NCBI GenBank assembly: GCA_025464325.1
Contig: JAODGH010000032.1
Span: 1 to 48,012 of the forward strand
Source: Methanosarcinales archaeon
GTDB lineage: Archaea; Halobacteriota; Syntropharchaeia; Alkanophagales; Methanospirareceae
Reading direction: 5' to 3'
DNA: 48,012 nt
Below the pieces are notes generated by a model. It was not told the origin of the DNA. It ran no database searches and saw nothing but the letters and a program-made list of their open reading frames with translations. Positions 45,755 to 48,012 of the stretch are shown one piece after another; positions within the stretch are counted from its first letter, which is position 1, and each line of letters starts with the position of its first letter. A program made the position numbers and the translations under genes.

Positions 45755-46773
45755 TCGTCTCTTCTCCTCCATCCGTATGCCATATACGTCAGTAATGTCG
45801 CGATTACGGCTATCAAAGCGCCAAACCCTGGCGTTGCTGTTGCAGTAGCTGGTGTCTCTTCGGTTGCAGGTGTTGTCACCGGTGTAGCTGTTGCTTCGGC
45901 TGCAGGAGATGTTGCAGTAGCTGGTGTCTCGTCCGCGGCTATGCCGATGTAGCCCAGCTTCTTTACCACTTCCTGCCCTTTGTCACTGCACACGAAATCT
46001 ATGAATGCCTTCTCCAGTGCGCCGGGCTCACCTTTCGTTATGAGGTACAGGTTTCGTCGGATGGGGTACCTGCCCGCGAGTACGTTCTCTACCGTGGCTT
46101 CTACACCGTTAATCCTGAGTGCTTTCACCGAATTATCGATGTAACCCAGCGAGATATACCCTATACTGGCGGGATCGCTACCCACCGTTGCACGAACTTC
46201 ACCGTTCGATGGTTTTACCGAAGCTTCGTCCCTTAGCTCGCGGTTATAGGGCTTCATCACATACTTCTCGAATACTTCCCGCGTACCAGAGCCTTCTTCT
46301 CGTGTTATCACACGAATGTCCCGGTCCTCACCACCGACCTCTTTCCAGTTCGTTATCTCTCCCGCGAATATCCGTGATATCTGATCCATGCTCAAGTCGT
46401 TTACCGGGTTTAGAGGATGTACCACGATCGCAACGCTGTCATGCCCTATGACCACGGGTTTAAGGTCGGGATACTTCTCCATCTCCTCGGGCTTTATATC
46501 ACGAGATGCCGCCCCGATATCTATCTCTCCACTGCCTACCGCGCGTATGCCGTGACCGGATCCACCGCCGGATACCGATATCCGGAGTCCTGGATTCTTA
46601 GCCCGGAGCAGCTGTGCGCATTCCTGATTTATCGGTAAAACGGTCGTCGAACCCGCGATAGTAAGTTCGCCCGAGAGCCCGGTGGGTATCTGATATCCCT
46701 GTACGGGCGTTAAAGCCAGCGCTGTTACCAATGCCGCCATCACAATCGCATTTGCTTTTCCCATTTTTCTCAT
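45751..46773 (-). CDS. pstS: phosphate ABC transporter substrate-binding protein PstS with PGF-CTERM anchor
   Basis: GSTTVLP, SGGGSGHG and EGSGTR PstS motifs. A Thr/Ala/Pro/Glu linker leads to the C-terminal TPGFGALIAVIATLLTYMAYGWRRRDE. Start at 46773 or 46764 after ggaggt, although the ORF is open to 46815. Confidence 0.9.
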   Translation of the reverse strand: MRKMGKANAIVMAALVTALALTPVQGYQIPTGLSGELTIAGSTTVLPINQECAQLLRAKNPGLRISVSGGGSGHGIRAVGSGEIDIGAASRDIKPEEMEKYPDLKPVVIGHDSVAIVVHPLNPVNDLSMDQISRIFAGEITNWKEVGGEDRDIRVITREEGSGTREVFEKYVMKPYNRELRDEASVKPSNGEVRATVGSDPASIGYISLGYIDNSVKALRINGVEATVENVLAGRYPIRRNLYLITKGEPGALEKAFIDFVCSDKGQEVVKKLGYIGIAADETPATATSPAAEATATPVTTPATEETPATATATPGFGALIAVIATLLTYMAYGWRRRDE

Positions 46774-46824
46774 TACCTCCAAAGTAGGTAGAAAATAAAG
46801 GATTATATAAATCATTCTATATTT

Positions 46825-46850
46825 CCATATATGGATTTATGTATCCATAA
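46825..46850. promoter_or_regulatory. palindromic element upstream of the pstS TATA region (candidate operator)
   Basis: ccatatatgg overlaps the inverted repeat tatggat-ttatgt-atccata. A TATA-like tttatataa (minus strand, 46801-46813) lies between it and the pstS start. Confidence 0.3.
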
Positions 46851-47114
46851 ATAGTAGGCGTGTATCTTTACTTTACATAAATAAACCCCAAAATTCGAGT
46901 TGCCAATGCTTACTTATAATCGCCATCGTGTTATACTCTCGTGAGGACACCCACAGGGATAGTTTCGAACTTTCAATGATTGGTGCTCCCCGTGGTATTG
47001 GCTCAAACGGTTAAATAATGATATCGGGCGCTTCAAGGGGCAGTGTGATGTTGACGATAGCAATGATCAACCATTCGATTCATAAAATGATAGATCGGAG
47101 GTAAAAATACAAAA

Positions 47115-47594
47115 ATGGTAGAGGGGAAAACTCTGGTGGCTGTGTCTATTGGCGTCTGCGTCATAGCTGCGGTTGTTGCTGCGGGTGCATATGTGAGTGG
47201 CATCTCTGGATCAGGTAATCTCGGGCAAAAAACACTGAAGATTAGTCTGATTCCCGCGGAGGATCAGCTCGATATGCTCAAGAAATTAGAGCCCGTACGA
47301 AAGTATTTAGAGCGAGAATTGGGTATGAACGTGGAGACATTTACGGCAACCGATTATTCAGCAGTAATAGAAGCGATGCGGTCGAAGAAGATTGATATCG
47401 CTTACTTCGGACCGTTTTCGTATGTGCTGGCAGCGAAGCGAGCAAATGCAGAAGCAATTGTTACAGGAGGAACAGATTCGGGCAAGGTTGCGACATACCC
47501 CTCGCTTATCATCACGCACAAAGATTGTAACGCCGGACGAGGTGATAGCGGGAAGCGTAGTTGTAGAAGATACGCGTATAGCCGATATATCTGA
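47115..47594 (+). pseudogene. phnD: phosphonate ABC transporter substrate-binding protein PhnD, 3'-truncated
   Basis: A signal anchor, then LKISLIPAEDQLDMLKKLEPVRKYLERELGMNVETFTATDYSAVIEAMRSKKIDIAYFGPFSYVLA...YPSLIITHKD matches the PhnD N-terminal lobe. The similarity ends near 47522 and the frame then runs into nonsense. Confidence 0.7.
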
Positions 47595-47688
47595 AGAGGG
47601 TATACAATGCGATGGTAATGACGTTATAGATGCCAATGGCAGGTATCTGCTCCCCGGTCTGGTAGATATTCATGGTGATGACCTTTAG
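47521..47688 (+). pseudogene. phnM: PhnM-like amidohydrolase, N-terminal ~55 codons only
   Basis: The +1 frame relative to phnD reads KIVTPDEVIAGSVVVEDTRIADIS...VIDANGRYLLPGLVDIHGDDL and then TAG. This resembles the PhnM start (...LLPGLIELHTDNL in E. coli). It has no start codon of its own, and AT-rich non-coding DNA follows. Confidence 0.6.
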
Positions 47689-48012
47689 ATGGAAATATCC
47701 AAAGAATAAATAAAACATCGCTTGAAGGTGCAGCCGAAATAAATAGGGATTTATAGAACGGACATGTTGAGATAATACAGGATGCTGGAGATAGTAAAAA
47801 TTCCCTTCTTATTTGCGTCCGATTCGTGTGAACCTCCTGTCAGTATACAATTAAGGAGGACAGGAAATACGATTTAAAAGTTTCGATATACGCGCTGTTC
47901 GGGCATGCTAGCGAATGGGGATAGTCGTATGTTATGCTCCTCTCTTTAAACCGCATAAAAACTCCAGAGCGGTTTTCCAGAATCCGTTATTTATAATCAT
48001 AATGTTTATTTA

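Noticed and set aside
47835-47865. A possible hairpin (tcctgtc-N17-gacagga) in the AT-rich right edge.
   Set aside because: The stem is only 7 bp, the loop is large, and there is no adjacent T-tract or gene context. The ggaggacagg part also resembles ordinary SD-like sequence seen upstream of radA.
1-48012. CRISPR arrays, rRNA genes, IS elements and transposases.
   Set aside because: Visual scanning showed no regularly spaced 25-40 bp repeats, no rRNA-like sequence and no transposase or integrase ORF. The only repeats found are the short ones listed above.

Overview
The window is a densely coding archaeal chromosome segment. Archaeal markers include TBP, aIF2-gamma, RadA, A-type ATPase subunits, archaeal-type SAM synthetase, SRP19, S19e and two PGF-CTERM sorting signals. 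mvhD-hdrA, futalosine (menaquinone) genes and an acyl-CoA dehydrogenase suggest a methanogen, ANME or Archaeoglobus-like euryarchaeon, but I cannot place it more precisely from sequence alone. I call about 60 CDS, one tRNA-Ser(GCU) and one small uS14 gene that is missing from the ORF track. I saw no rRNA, CRISPR array or intact mobile element. GTG/TTG starts and 1-4 nt gene overlaps are common. Most content is housekeeping: trpD, trpF, argB, apgM, mqnA plus mqnC/E, SAM synthetase, ogg, a P-type ATPase, a complete pstS-C-A-B-phoU locus, and translation and secretion genes. The most unusual feature is a tandem pair of SecY genes after uL15, a canonical copy followed by a divergent full-length paralogue whose lateral-gate and ribosome-contact regions are rewritten. 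A 21-bp perfect tandem duplication sits at the junction of the two genes. Other points worth follow-up:
- a catalytically degenerate (NgBR/Nus1-like) cis-prenyltransferase homologue that abuts the tRNA
- a membrane-anchored Holliday-junction-resolvase-like nuclease fused to an HRDC domain
- an orphan atpH-atpE-atpF cluster lacking I/K/C/A/B/D
- break-up of the conserved ribosomal-protein gene strings
- a phosphoesterase translationally coupled inside the pst operon
- a phnD'-'phnM deletion scar
- a trpD-lrp-hypothetical-hypothetical-kinase operon
- a truncated PEP-synthase-like phosphohistidine protein
- an AT-rich patch of decayed toxin-antitoxin-like genes
All family assignments come from motif recognition by eye, and no database search was possible.
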